This document shows, one piece after another, positions 1 through 13,261 of a stretch of DNA of 64,000 bases. The position numbers and the translations under genes were made by a program. The notes below the pieces were generated by a model, which searched no databases, was not told where the DNA came from, and saw only the letters and a program-made list of their open reading frames with translations. How positions within the stretch are numbered: the first letter of the stretch is position 1; the number at the start of each line of letters is the position of its first letter. The DNA is from Hyphomicrobiales bacterium (GTDB lineage Bacteria > Pseudomonadota > Alphaproteobacteria > Rhizobiales > JAKPQE01): assembly GCA_041397845.1 (NCBI GenBank), contig JAWKVW010000006.1, forward strand, positions 6,061 through 70,060. Direction: 5' to 3'.

Positions 1-578
1 AAGCCGGCGACGCGGCCATAGCCGAGGCTTGCGGCGACATTGCCGGCGGGCGGGCGGCATCGGTCTGCGGCAGGGCGGCGAGCGCCATCAGAAAGAGAAA
101 CGGGATCTCCTTGGCGACGAGCCCGGCCATCATGGCAAGGCCGAGGGGATCATTGACGATGGAGCAGGTCCGGCGGGTAGCGCCAGCCGGTCGCCCAGGG
201 CGAGACGAGGCGGACAAGCCAACCGGAGGGGGCAATGAGGAAGGCAATGCCGAACGCCGCGGCGGCATGGGGCACCGACAGCAGCGGCGAGACGAGGCGG
301 CGCAGTCCGTTGAAGAACGGCGTGCCAAGCCAGCCGGCAACGAAAAAGGCGACGACGGCAAGGGCGGCAAGCGTCGTCAGCAGCCCCGAAGCAAGGCTGA
401 GGCCGACGGAGCGGCCTATGCCCGGCGTCGCCCAGAGATCGGCGAAGGGCTGCAGCGAAAAGCCGTCAGAGCCGAGCACCGGCAGATAGCCGAAGGCCGG
501 CAGGGCAACGCCGACAAGCCCCGCAACGACCGGGCCGATGAGGACGAGGATGGTGAGCGGCGGCGCGAGACGCAGCAT
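1..578 (-). pseudogene. ABC transporter permease (YnjC-like), 5' part only, runs off the left edge; reading frame broken
   Basis: ATG at 576-578 gives MLRLAPPLTILVLIGPVVAGL..., which is TM-rich (inside ORF 150..725). That frame stops at 150. Permease-like sequence continues in other frames (IVNDPLGLAMMAGLVAKEIPFLFLMALAALPQ, then AASLGYGRVAGF) down to position 1, implying at least 2 indels. Confidence 0.6.
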
Positions 579-603
579 GGCGGTGTCGCGCCTCCCCTTC
601 GGC

Positions 604-1817
604 TCAGGCGCCGTAGCGCTTTTTCCAGGCTTCCTCGAGACGAACCATCCACGAGGGATGGGGCTCGGGCAGCACGGCGCCGAGCTCGGCCGGCGACAGG
701 GTGGCAATGCCGAGGTCGATGGCATCGAGGCGGGCGCGATCCTCCGGCGAGAGCCTTGCCACGTCGAGCACGGTGAAATCGCCCCAGACGTCCGGCTTCT
801 GTTTCTCGATCTGGGCGTCCGGCGACATCAGGAAATTGGCGACGACCATCGCGCCGGCCCTGGCATTGGCGTTGAACGGCATCGCCACGAAATGGGTGTT
901 GCCGATGGTGCCGATGTCCATGACGTAGGAGCGGACGGTGTCGGGCAGCTCGCCCTTGGCGATGGCGGAGCTCGCCTCGGTCTGGTGGAAGGAAAAGGCG
1001 ATCTCGACCTCGCCGTCGGCAAGCAGGGTGCGCAGCGCCGAGGCATTTTCCGGGAAGGCCCGGCCCTCGCGCCACATCAGCGGATGGAGCTTGTCGAGAT
1101 AGGCAAAGAGCGGCGCGGTCGCGGCGTCGAAATCGGTCTCCTCGGCCGGCTTTTCAAGAACGGCGCGATCGGCGACGAGCTCGTAGAGCATTTGCTTCAG
1201 GAAGGTCGAGCCGGTGAAATCGGGCGGCTGGGGATAGGTGAAGCGGCCGGGATGGCTCGCCGCCCAGTCGAGGAGCGCCGGAGCAGACTTCGGCACGTCC
1301 GGGGTGCGGGCGGTGTCGTGATAGAAGACGAGCTGGGCCATGCCCCAGGGCGCCTCGAGACCGTCGACGGGCACGGTGAAATCGCTCGTCACGGTCGGCT
1401 TGCCGGCAACATCGACGAGGGCATAATTCGGCAGCGCGGTCGACCAGGGCGCGGCAGCGAGCAGGTCCTCGCGCTTCATGGCAGGCGAAGTTCTCGCCAT
1501 TGATCGAACTGAGGTCGACCGAACCGCCGCTCGCGCCGCGGCGGTCTTTTCGGCCGAACCGCCGCGACCACCTCGGCGGTGTCAGAGCATGGCGTGGACG
1601 AGCTTGACGCCAGGCGCTTCTCGACCTCGGCGCCGACCCAGGCGATGTAGTCGTTGATGCGCGATTCGCCGGCCCAGGCATGCCAGTAGACCGTCTCGCC
1701 CTTTGCTTCTGCGGGAACGCATCCCATTTCGCGGGATCGGGGTCGGCAAAGCGCCGCGCCTGAAAAGACGGTTCCGGCAGACAGCGCCAGCGCGCCAAAC
1801 CAACGTGCGATGGTCAA
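604..1817 (-). pseudogene. ABC transporter periplasmic substrate-binding protein (YnjB-like), N-terminal third frameshifted
   Basis: GGAGGA plus 7 nt plus TTG (1815-1817) gives the signal peptide LTIARWFGALALSAGTVFSGAA. The conserved ETVYWHAWAGESRINDYIAWVGAEVEKR follows, then pieces spread over all three frames between about 1800 and 1500 with one in-frame TGA. The last 298 codons (ORF 604..1500) are intact. Confidence 0.7.
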
Positions 1818-1983
1818 ATCGATTTCCTCCGTTTCCGGCCTGCAGCGCTGCTTTTGGCTCCTGCCGCCGGTTCCCTTGCCATCTTTGGAGCGCACCGGGC
1901 CGGCAGCGTCAAGACACGGTTTCCGGAGGCGGCTGTGATTTCCGCCGACGGGCGGGCATGCCGTTCCGGCACGGTCTCGAGCA

Positions 1984-3059
1984 ATGCGGTTCGCCGACGA
2001 AGGGCACCGCACCGATCGAAGCGCACTTGCCGGGGCGCTCGCCGACCGGCCGGACACGGCAGCGGTGACGGCGGCCGACATCCGACCGCTTGCCGACACG
2101 GGCCTTGCGCACTGGCATGCCCGGATTGGCGAGACCGGCTGGCTGGCGCGCATGCCGTAAAGCCAGATGAAGCTCGGCGCCGCCGAAAACCTTCTATCAG
2201 GCAAATTCCTTTCGCGGCCGCCGAGCACTTCCGAGGCACACGCCGAAGCTCATCGACATCGTGGCGCCGACCGAGGAACTGCTCGGGGCGCTCATCGTCG
2301 AGGCGATCGAGGGCCGGGTGCCGCGCCTGCCGGACGACCTTGCGGCCATCGCTGGCGCTCGCGGCGCTGCACCGCTGCCCGATCGAGGAGCCAGCAAGCG
2401 GGCTGAAGCGGATGCCGCCAATCCGCTGACGGCGATGCTGCTCGAGGGTTCGCGACAGGCGGAATTCCTCGAGCCGGCCGATATCGACGACGTCATGGCT
2501 CGACATCCGCTCCGAGCTCGACAAGGTGTTCCGGCACGTGGAACGGCTCGGCCGGCCGCCACGGACACTGATCTCGTTCGACGCCCATCCGGGCAATTTC
2601 CTCATCGAGGAACGGGCCGACGAGGCCCCGCGCGCCGTTCTCGTCGATCTCGACAAGATGCTGCTTTCCTCGCCCAGCCGACCTCGCGCACGTACGACGC
2701 TCTACACCTCGACGACCTGGGACCCGAACACCTCGGCGGTGCTCTCGGGCGAGGAGATGCTCGCCTTCTATCGTGCCTGGATCGCGGCAATGGGCGATGA
2801 CGCGGAACAGCACGTTGCCGTTCCTCGAAATCAGCCGGCGACGGTCTTCTGGCTCTGGTCGGCGACCTGGTGCGCCAAGTGGCAAGTGCTTTCCGGCGAG
2901 ACGGCGAAGGAAGCGGCCGAGACGAGCGCCAATGCCGAGGACTGGTCGGAGGAAAAGAGCGCGGCGGCCCTCATTGCCCACGTCGCCGAGCGGGTAACGC
3001 ACTACCTCCAGCCCGAGACCATCGCCCGGGTGCGGGCAACGCTTGCCATCAAGCCTTGA
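1984..3059 (+). pseudogene. Aminoglycoside/choline-kinase-type phosphotransferase (APH family), heavily frameshifted
   Basis: ATG 1984 gives MRFADEGH...GLAHWHARIGETGWLARMP, then an in-frame TAA (2158-2160). Family-like segments follow in alternating frames: HTPKLIDIVAPTEELLGALIVEAIEGR, ELDKVFRHVERLGRPPRTLISFDAHPGNFLI...VLVDLDK, PADLAHV, TLYTSTTWDP...; the tail is ORF 2526..3059. Confidence 0.6.
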
Positions 3060-3193
3060 GCCGGCCGCTTTCAGCAAGCTGTTAAGTCTTTGCCGAACCG
3101 TCAGAAACAAGCGCGGTTTCGGCATGAAATCAACGACAGCACAATTACCCTATATTCGGCAGACGAGCGAATCACCGAAAGAGACGAGCAGGT

Positions 3194-6562
<3,369 letters not shown>

Positions 6563-6669
6563 GACGGCTCTTTGCGGAATGTGTGGCAGTTTTTGCCGGA
6601 AATAGGTCATTGCTGCCAGAATTGAAACCGGAAATCCTGTCGTCGTCAACCGAGCTTCAGGAGCCTTCC

Positions 6670-7359
6670 ATGACAGACGCGCCGTTTCGCATCGTATTCG
6701 CCATCTATCCGGGCATGACGCAGCTCGACTTCACCGGGCCGCACCAGTTTCTCAGCCGCCTGCCGGGGAGCGAGACGATCGTCGCCAGTCCGGCCGGCGG
6801 CGACGTTGCCGCCGAGGGCCTCGTCTTTGCCGGCACGGCGGCGATAGCCGATGTCGGGTCCTGCGACCTCATCTGCGTTCCGGGCGGCGTGCCGGCGGCG
6901 CGGATCGGCCTCGACGAGGCGTTCATCGGCGAGATCCGCCGGCTGGCGCTCGGGGCGCGCTACATCACCTCGGTGTGCACCGGCTCGCTCATCCTCGGCG
7001 CGACCGGGCTTCTGAAGGGCAAGCGCGCCGCCTGCCACTGGGCCTGGCGCGAGCTTCTGCCGATCTACGGCGCCATTCCCGACCCGGCACGGGTCGTGCG
7101 CGACGGCAACATCATCACCGGCGGCGGCGTGACGGCCGGCATCGACTTCGCGCTGACGGTGCTTGCCGAAGTTGCCGGCAGAGACGTCGCCGAGGCGCTG
7201 CAGCTCGGCCTCGAATACGCCCCCGAGCCGCCGTTCAATTCCGGCCGGCCGGAGACGGCACCGGCGGCGACGGTCGCCTTGCTGAAGGCGCGCCTCGATC
7301 AGGCCGCCGCCGGGCGACGGCAGGACGCGGAGGCGGCGGCGGCGCGGCTTTCATCCTGA
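6670..7359 (+). CDS. DJ-1/PfpI family protein (isonitrile-hydratase-like)
   Basis: FRIVFAIYPGMTQLDFTGP...ITSVCTGSLILGATGLLKGKRAACHW...GGGVTAGIDFAL carries the nucleophile-elbow Cys motif. ATG at 6670 lies within ORF 6583..7359. Confidence 0.85.
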   Translation: MTDAPFRIVFAIYPGMTQLDFTGPHQFLSRLPGSETIVASPAGGDVAAEGLVFAGTAAIADVGSCDLICVPGGVPAARIGLDEAFIGEIRRLALGARYITSVCTGSLILGATGLLKGKRAACHWAWRELLPIYGAIPDPARVVRDGNIITGGGVTAGIDFALTVLAEVAGRDVAEALQLGLEYAPEPPFNSGRPETAPAATVALLKARLDQAAAGRRQDAEAAAARLSS

Positions 7360-7413
7360 GCCGCGTGCCGGCCGCAACGCGGTCCGCGCTTCGACCGGCA
7401 TTTGCCGGGGATA

Positions 7414-7836
7414 TCAGCCTTGCCCGCCAAAACCTGCACCGGCCGGCGAGGGCGCGAGACGGATCAGGCGTGAATCAAGCACCGCCGCCTGGCGATGCTT
7501 GACGGCCTCGCGGTAAACCGGATCGCGCAGCATCTCGATGAAGGCGGCAACGCTTGATATTCGGCGATAAAGCACTCGTCCCAAGCCTCCTCGGCCGGCC
7601 CGATCAACATCAGCTCAAAGGAGCCGCGCCAGACGATGCGGCCACCGAGACGGGCAAAGACCGGATAGCTTTCACGGCCATAGGCGGCATAGGCCTCGGC
7701 GCCGGTCGCCCCGCGCCCGTCGGATAGGCTGCCTCGCCACGAAAGCGCACGAGGTTGAGCATGTGAATCGGACCCGGTCGGTCATTGGCGCGGAATGCGC
7801 CGAAGGTCTCTTTCGTCGGATCGACGAAACCGACAT
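7414..7836 (-). pseudogene. DUF1330 domain protein, 3 apparent single-base deletions
   Basis: AAGGAG plus ATG at 7834-7836 is out of frame with GFVDPTKETFGAFRANDRPGPIHMLNLVRFRGEAAYP. GRGATGAEAYAAYGRESYPVFARLGGRIVWRGSFELMLIGPAEEAWDECFIAEYQ follows in another frame, and VAAFIEMLRDPVYREAVKHRQAAVLDSRLIRLAP in a third, ending at TGA 7414-7416. Confidence 0.7.
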
Positions 7837-7925
7837 GCTGGTTTCTCCTTGCGCGGGCGGTTCCGGGCAATGGCGGACTTGCCGACGCGGAGCTTAGCTG
7901 AATTCGCTGCAGACCAGGACCTTCG

Positions 7926-7941
7926 GCAAAAAGCTTTTTGC
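7926..7941. repeat. Perfect 16-bp palindrome GCAAAAAGCTTTTTGC
   Basis: Read directly; intergenic between the DUF1330 start and the infC stop. Confidence 0.8.
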
Positions 7942-7988
7942 AAAACAAAACCGCGTCGGATCGCTCCGGCGCGGTCTTCAATCTTGCG

Positions 7989-8090
7989 TCCCTGCCGGCG
8001 GGCGGCAGGGTTTTCAATCGCTATTGCCTGCCGGCAGGCGGCAGGGCTATCAGCCCCTTGCGCCATGCCTGCCGGAAAACCGGTTACGGT
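7989..8090. repeat. Three tandem GCCTGCCGG-initiated units (about 37-41 bp); the first two form near-identical GC hairpins
   Basis: CCCTGCCGGCGGGCGGCAGGG followed by TTTT (7990-8014), CCTGCCGGCAGGCGGCAGG (8027-8045) and GCCTGCCGGAAAACCGG (about 8067). All lie downstream of the infC stop. Confidence 0.7.
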
Positions 8091-8106
8091 CTTCCAGCAA
8101 GGAGCA

Positions 8107-8643
8107 TCAGCGCGGCGCCAGCACCATGATCATCTGGCGGCCTTCGAGCTTCGGCTCGGCCTCGACCTTGGCGAAGTCGGCGGTGTCGTCGCGGACCTTG
8201 TGGAGCAACTGCATGCCGAGCTCCTGATGGGCCATCTCGCGACCGCGGAAGCGGAGCGTCACCTTGACCTTGTCGCCTTCCTCGAAGAAGCGCTTGATCG
8301 ACCGCATCTTGACCTCATAGTCGTGCGTGTCGATGTTCGGACGGACCTTGATCTCCTTGATCTCGACCGTCTTCTGCTTCTTGCGCGCTTCGGCAGCCTT
8401 CTTCTGGCTCTGGTACTTGTACTTGCCGAAATCGAGGATCTTGCAGACCGGCGGCGCCGAATTCGGCGAGATCTCGACCAGATCGAGCCCCTGCTCGACC
8501 GCGAGATTGAGGGCCTCATCAATCGGAACGATGCCCAGATTGACGCCTTCAGCGTCGATCAGCTGTACCCGTGCTTCGCGGATATCGCGATTCACGCGGG
8601 GCCCTTCCTTCTGAACGGGCGCGGCTCTGTGTGGACGGCGAAT
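8107..8643 (-). CDS. infC: Translation initiation factor IF-3, with non-canonical AUU start
   Basis: ORF 8107..8595 is clearly IF-3 ([52 protein letters not shown]...[16 protein letters not shown]). In frame 16 codons upstream sits ATT (8641-8643), preceded by AGGAG plus 9 nt, giving [24 protein letters not shown]-3 genes classically start with AUU. Confidence 0.9.
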   Translation of the reverse strand: MRRPHRAAPVQKEGPRVNRDIREARVQLIDAEGVNLGIVPIDEALNLAVEQGLDLVEISPNSAPPVCKILDFGKYKYQSQKKAAEARKKQKTVEIKEIKVRPNIDTHDYEVKMRSIKRFFEEGDKVKVTLRFRGREMAHQELGMQLLHKVRDDTADFAKVEAEPKLEGRQMIMVLAPR

Positions 8644-8955
8644 GGTCAGGGTCTCCTAGTCGATTGATACAAATTCCGTTCGCGGCAGCCTCGGCCACCA
8701 CGTCTTCCCCGACCCTAATGCCAAACGAGCCCGAACGGAATCGAAAACGAGCCCGCCAGAGCCTGTTTCGCGCCGATTCTCCAGATTTTCGGTGTTTCTG
8801 GCCCCGGATGGCAGCGCGGAATCGCGGAAAGCCTGTCCGGACCGCATCGAACATCCCTCGCGAGGCGACCGGGCAGAGGCCTGACATTCTCCAACTCGCC
8901 GCGCTTCGTCAAGCGTCGCTTGATGGGCCGGTAAACGGTTCTTGACCGGATGACG

Positions 8956-10133
8956 TCAGGAAACCCGCCGGCGGAGACGGTCATAGACCGCAAGGGTCGC
9001 GCCGGTCATCACCGGCAGATCGAAATGCCGGAGCATGAAAGCCCGGACCTTGTCGCCATAGTCCGCACCCTTGTCCGGCGCGACGAGCAGCGCTTCCTCG
9101 ATCGCCTCAGCCAGTGCGTTGGCATCCGCGGCCGGGACGCGCCAGCCGGTCCGCGCCGCGGCGTCGACCTCGGGCGGCTGCAGCACCGTTTCGGCAAAGG
9201 CGCCAAGATCGGAGACAACGACCGGGCGACCCATGGCGCCGGCCTCGACCGCGGCGCGGCCAAACGTCTCGGGCACGAGCGAGGGGGCGATGACGACGCT
9301 CGCCAGCGACAGGGCGGCCGGCATGTCGGCGCAGTGACCGACGAAACGGACGCGACCGGCAAGCCCCGCCGCCGCGACGTCGGCATCGAGCTCGGCGCGA
9401 AAGCCGGCGCGGCCCTGCTCGTCGCCGGCCATGACGAAGACGAGATCGGGGTGCTGCCCGGCGAGCCGGGCGGCGGCCTCGATCGCCACCTTGTGACCCT
9501 TGATCGGACTGACCCGGGCCGGCAGCAGCACGACGCGATCGCCGGCCGCAATCGCCCAGGCGGCGGCCAGCCTGTTGCGACGCTCCGGCGTGATGCGGGC
9601 CGGATCGAAGGCGGCAAGGTCGGTGCCGCGCGGGATGACGACGATGCGATCGCGGGCGGAGGGGAACCGTTCGGCAATGACGCCGGCGGTGAAGGCGGAA
9701 TTGGCGATCACCGCGTCGCCACGGGCCATCACCGAATTGTAGAGCGCCTTCAGGCGACCGACCTGCTTGTAGGCACCATGGAACGTCGTGACGAACGGAA
9801 TGCCGGTGCGGCGGGCGGCAAGGAGCGCCGACCAGGCGGGGGCGCGGCTGCGGGCATGGATGATGTCGACCCTTTCGCGCCGGATGAGGGCGGCGAGGCG
9901 GCCGACATTGAGAACCATCCGGAGCGGATTCTTGGCCGCGACCGGAAGATCGAACCACTCGCCGCCCCTTGCCTGAAGCTCGGCGACGAGCCGGCCGCCC
10001 TCGCTTGCCACCAGCGCCCGGTCGCCCCTTGCGGCGAGGGCTGCGGCGATATCGACCGTGGTGCGCTCGGCGCCGCCGGCCTCGAGCTCGGGGATCACCT
10101 GCAGGATCGTCAGAGGGCGGGCTTTTCGTCCAT
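8956..10133 (-). CDS. Glycosyltransferase family 4 (GT-B, RfaB-like); probable 1-nt indel right after the start
   Basis: LTILQVIPELEAGGAERTTVDIAAAL...HARSRAPAWS...PSLVPETFGRAAVEAGAMGRPVVVSDLGAFAETV contains the E-x7-E region. The only nearby ATG (10131-10133, MDEKPAL then stop) is out of frame by one; no in-frame ATG or GTG lies close to the domain start. Confidence 0.75.
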
Positions 10134-10218
10134 CGCCGGTTATGGGATCAAGGGGCAAGGGCGACCCTTCTTTCGGATTCGTCGCGCACCGACATCGAAC
10201 AGAGGCCCGGACAGTAGG

Positions 10219-10995
10219 ATGAGCGAGACGGAACCGCAAACGCTTCGTGTCGAGACAGACGGCTACGGCCGTGACATCGCCGTGCTCCATCGCGACGGCG
10301 CCGGACCGGGCATCATCTGGCTCGGCGGCTTTCGATCGGAGATGACCGGCACCAAGGCGGCGGCGCTTGCCGAGCATGCCGCGCGGGCCGGCCGCGCCGT
10401 CACGCGCTTCGACTATTCCGGCCACGGCGCCTCGGGCGGCGCCTTCACCGACGGCACGATCGGGCGCTGGCTCGACGAGGCGACCGCCGTCTTCGACGCG
10501 TTCACCAAGGGACCGCAGATCGCCGTCGGCTCGTCGATGGGCGGCTGGCTCACCCTGCTGCTTGCCCGCCGGCTGGCGGCGCGCGGCGAAAGCGGCCGGC
10601 TCAAGGCCCTTGTGCTGATCGCGCCGGCAACCGACATGACGGACAGCCTGATGTGGCGGCGCTGGCCGGACACGATCCGGCGCGAGATCACGGAGGCCGG
10701 CCATCTTTCGGTGCCGTCGCAATATTGCGCGGAGCCGACGATGATCACCCGGGCGCTCGTCGAGGAAGGGCGGGCGCATCTTTTCGGCGACGCGCCGATC
10801 GTTGCCGGATGCCCGGTGCATATCCTGCACGGCGTCGACGATCCGGATGTGCCGGTGTCGATGTCCCTCGACCTCGTGTCGCGCCTTGCCGAGGACGATG
10901 TCGTTCTCACCCTCGTCAAGGCCGGGGACCACCGGCTGTCGCGGCCGCAGGACATCGAGCTGATGCTGTCGACGGTCGCCGCGCTCGGCGACTGA
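10219..10995 (+). CDS. Alpha/beta hydrolase
   Basis: MSETEPQTLRVETDGYGRDIAVLHRDG...IWLGGFRSEMTGTKA...FDYSGHGASGG...AVGSSMGGWL has the GxSxG nucleophile elbow, followed by HGVDDPDVP...GDHRL. ATG at 10219 lies inside the composite ORF 8950..10995. Confidence 0.8.
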   Translation: MSETEPQTLRVETDGYGRDIAVLHRDGAGPGIIWLGGFRSEMTGTKAAALAEHAARAGRAVTRFDYSGHGASGGAFTDGTIGRWLDEATAVFDAFTKGPQIAVGSSMGGWLTLLLARRLAARGESGRLKALVLIAPATDMTDSLMWRRWPDTIRREITEAGHLSVPSQYCAEPTMITRALVEEGRAHLFGDAPIVAGCPVHILHGVDDPDVPVSMSLDLVSRLAEDDVVLTLVKAGDHRLSRPQDIELMLSTVAALGD

Positions 10996-11051
10996 ACCGG
11001 CCGAACCGGTTCCATCCTGCCCGTGGCCGCCGTTGAGGAGTCGAACGTCAA

Positions 11052-12272
11052 ATGGCGCTTTCCGGAACGTTCGCGATGCTGAAAGGCCGCCTTGGCGCGG
11101 TGCCGCGCGGCGTCATCATGCTCGGCTTCGTCAGCATGTTCATGGACCTTTCCTCGGAAATGATCCACGCGCTGCTGCCGCTCTATCTCGTCGGCCCGCT
11201 CGGCGCCTCGACGGCGCTTGTCGGCTTCGTCGAGGGCGTCGCCGAATCGATCGCGGCGATCACCAAGGTCTTTTCCGGGGCGATCAGCGACCGCATCGCC
11301 CGGCGCAAGCCGCTGGTGCTTCTCGGCTATGGCCTTGCGGCGATCACCAAGCCGGTGTTCCCGCTGGCGAGTTCCGCCTGGATGGTGGTCGGCGCCCGGT
11401 TCGTCGACCGGTTCGGCAAGGGCCTTCGCGGGGCGCCGCGCGACGCGCTGATCGCCGACCTGACGACACCGGGGACGCGCGGCGCGGCCTATGGCATGCG
11501 CCAGTCGATGGACACGATCGGGGCGATCCTGGCGCCGGGCGCCGCCATCCTCCTGATGTGGCTCTACAATGATTTCCGGCTGGTGTTCTGGATCGCCGTC
11601 ATCCCGGCGTTCATCTCGGTGCTGTTCGTCGTCTTCGGGGTTTCGGAAACCGACCCTGAGCCGGCCGCAAAGGGCAGCCGGCCGAAGCTCGACTGGCGCA
11701 CCGCGCGGCGGCTGCCGAGGCTCTATTTCGCCGTGCTCGGCGTTGCCTTCATCCTGACGCTGGCGCGCTTCTCCGAGGCCTTCCTCGTTCTTGCCGCGCA
11801 CCATGCCGGCCTCGTCGTCGCGCTCGCGCCGCTCGTCTATGTCGCCATGAACATCGTCTATTCGATCACGGCGGCGCTGGCCGGCAGCCTGTCGGACGGC
11901 GTCGACCGGCGGGCGATCCTGATTGCCGGCACGCTGGCGCTGATCGTTGCCGATGTCTTCCTCGCCATGACGGGATCGCTCGCTGCGGTCGGGCTCGGCG
12001 TCCTCGTCTGGGGCCTGCACATGGGCCTGACGCAGGGGCTCTTTGCAGCGCTCATCGCCGATATCGCGCCGAGCGACCTGCGCGGCACGGCATTCGGCCT
12101 CTATAACCTTGCGACCGGCCTTGCCATGCTGGCGGCGAGCCTCATTGCCGGGGTCCTCTGGGACATGAGCGGGCCGACGGCGACCTTCCTTGCCGGCGCG
12201 GGGTTCACTGTCATCGCGCTTTTCGGCATGCTGGCGCTGCCGCGGCGCGCCGGACAGACGCCGCGCACCTGA
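11052..12272 (+). CDS. MFS transporter
   Basis: 406-aa ORF with about 12 hydrophobic segments and an MFS loop motif ([12 protein letters not shown]). Confidence 0.8.
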   Translation: MALSGTFAMLKGRLGAVPRGVIMLGFVSMFMDLSSEMIHALLPLYLVGPLGASTALVGFVEGVAESIAAITKVFSGAISDRIARRKPLVLLGYGLAAITKPVFPLASSAWMVVGARFVDRFGKGLRGAPRDALIADLTTPGTRGAAYGMRQSMDTIGAILAPGAAILLMWLYNDFRLVFWIAVIPAFISVLFVVFGVSETDPEPAAKGSRPKLDWRTARRLPRLYFAVLGVAFILTLARFSEAFLVLAAHHAGLVVALAPLVYVAMNIVYSITAALAGSLSDGVDRRAILIAGTLALIVADVFLAMTGSLAAVGLGVLVWGLHMGLTQGLFAALIADIAPSDLRGTAFGLYNLATGLAMLAASLIAGVLWDMSGPTATFLAGAGFTVIALFGMLALPRRAGQTPRT

Positions 12273-12297
12273 CCTTGCCGCAACTGACGGACAGACG

Positions 12298-13047
12298 ATG
12301 GCCCGATACGAGTTCCGCATGCAGCGCCTGTTCGTCCGCCACGGCCTTGGCGCCGGCGGAACAATGACGCTCGACCGTGGCCAGACCAACTACCTCGTCA
12401 ACGTGCTGCGGCTCGGCGAGGGCGGGCGCGTGCTGTTGTTCAATGGCCATGACGGCGAATGGGTCGCCGAGATCAGCCGCGCCGACCGCAAGGGGGCATC
12501 GATCTCGCTCGTCGAGCAGGTGCGGCCGCAGCCGGCCGCGGCCGAGCTTCGCTATCTCTTTGCGCCGCTGAAGCAGGCGCGCCTCGACTACATGGTGCAG
12601 AAGGCGACGGAGATGGGCGCCGGCCGGCTGACGCCGGTCATCACCCAGCACACCCAGGTGACCAAGCTCAATCTGGAGCGGCTCGAGGCGAACATCATCG
12701 AGGCGGCCGAGCAGTGCGGCATCCTCTCGATCCCGCAGCTCGACGCGCCGGTGCCGCTGCGCACGCTGCTCGATGCCTGGCCCGGCGCCGAACCGGAACG
12801 GCGCATCATCTTCTGCGACGAAGGCGAGGAGGGCGGCGATCCGCTGACCACGCTCGGCGGCCTTGCGGCCGGGCCGCTTGCGGTGCTTATCGGGCCGGAG
12901 GGCGGCTTTTCGGAGGACGAGCGGGCGGTGCTGCATTCCAAGCGCTTCGTCACGGCTATTCCGCTCGGGCCGCGGATCCTGCGGGCCGACACGGCGGCCG
13001 TCGCGGCGCTCGCCGTCGTCCAGGCGCGGCTCGGCGACTGGCGCTAG
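12298..13047 (+). CDS. rsmE: 16S rRNA (uracil1498-N3)-methyltransferase
   Basis: [13 protein letters not shown]...[12 protein letters not shown]...[22 protein letters not shown]...[12 protein letters not shown]...[20 protein letters not shown] at 12298. Confidence 0.85.
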   Translation: MARYEFRMQRLFVRHGLGAGGTMTLDRGQTNYLVNVLRLGEGGRVLLFNGHDGEWVAEISRADRKGASISLVEQVRPQPAAAELRYLFAPLKQARLDYMVQKATEMGAGRLTPVITQHTQVTKLNLERLEANIIEAAEQCGILSIPQLDAPVPLRTLLDAWPGAEPERRIIFCDEGEEGGDPLTTLGGLAAGPLAVLIGPEGGFSEDERAVLHSKRFVTAIPLGPRILRADTAAVAALAVVQARLGDWR

Positions 13048-13080
13048 ATTTTCCGCCAGACCCTGGTCGAGACCGGGCAC

Positions 13081-13140
13081 GTGACTGGGGGCGTGACTGG
13101 CCGCGTGACTTGCCGCGTGACTGGCCGCGTGACTGGCCGC
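13081..13140 (+). repeat. 12-bp tandem repeat GTGACTGGCCGC, 5 copies (2 variant copies)
   Basis: gtgactgggggc gtgactggccgc gtgacttgccgc gtgactggccgc gtgactggccgc; intergenic rsmE-gshA, about 120 bp upstream of the gshA ATG. Confidence 0.9.
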
Positions 13141-13261
13141 GCGTGCCTGCGAGAGCACCAACCGGGTATGCCGCGGTGCCGCAATTTCACGCAATTGGCA
13201 TTTGTAACCGGCAAACCCCGCCTATATGTTCCGGCATCCTGCCTCCGGACCGGAGCCTTTC

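Noticed and set aside
8950-10995. 681-aa plus-strand ORF, and the 658-aa ORFs at 8956..10932(-) and 10413..12389(-)
   Set aside because: These are composite read-throughs. Only 10219-10995(+) (hydrolase), 8956-10133(-) (glycosyltransferase) and 11052-12272(+) (MFS) are coding; the remainder is antisense of those genes.
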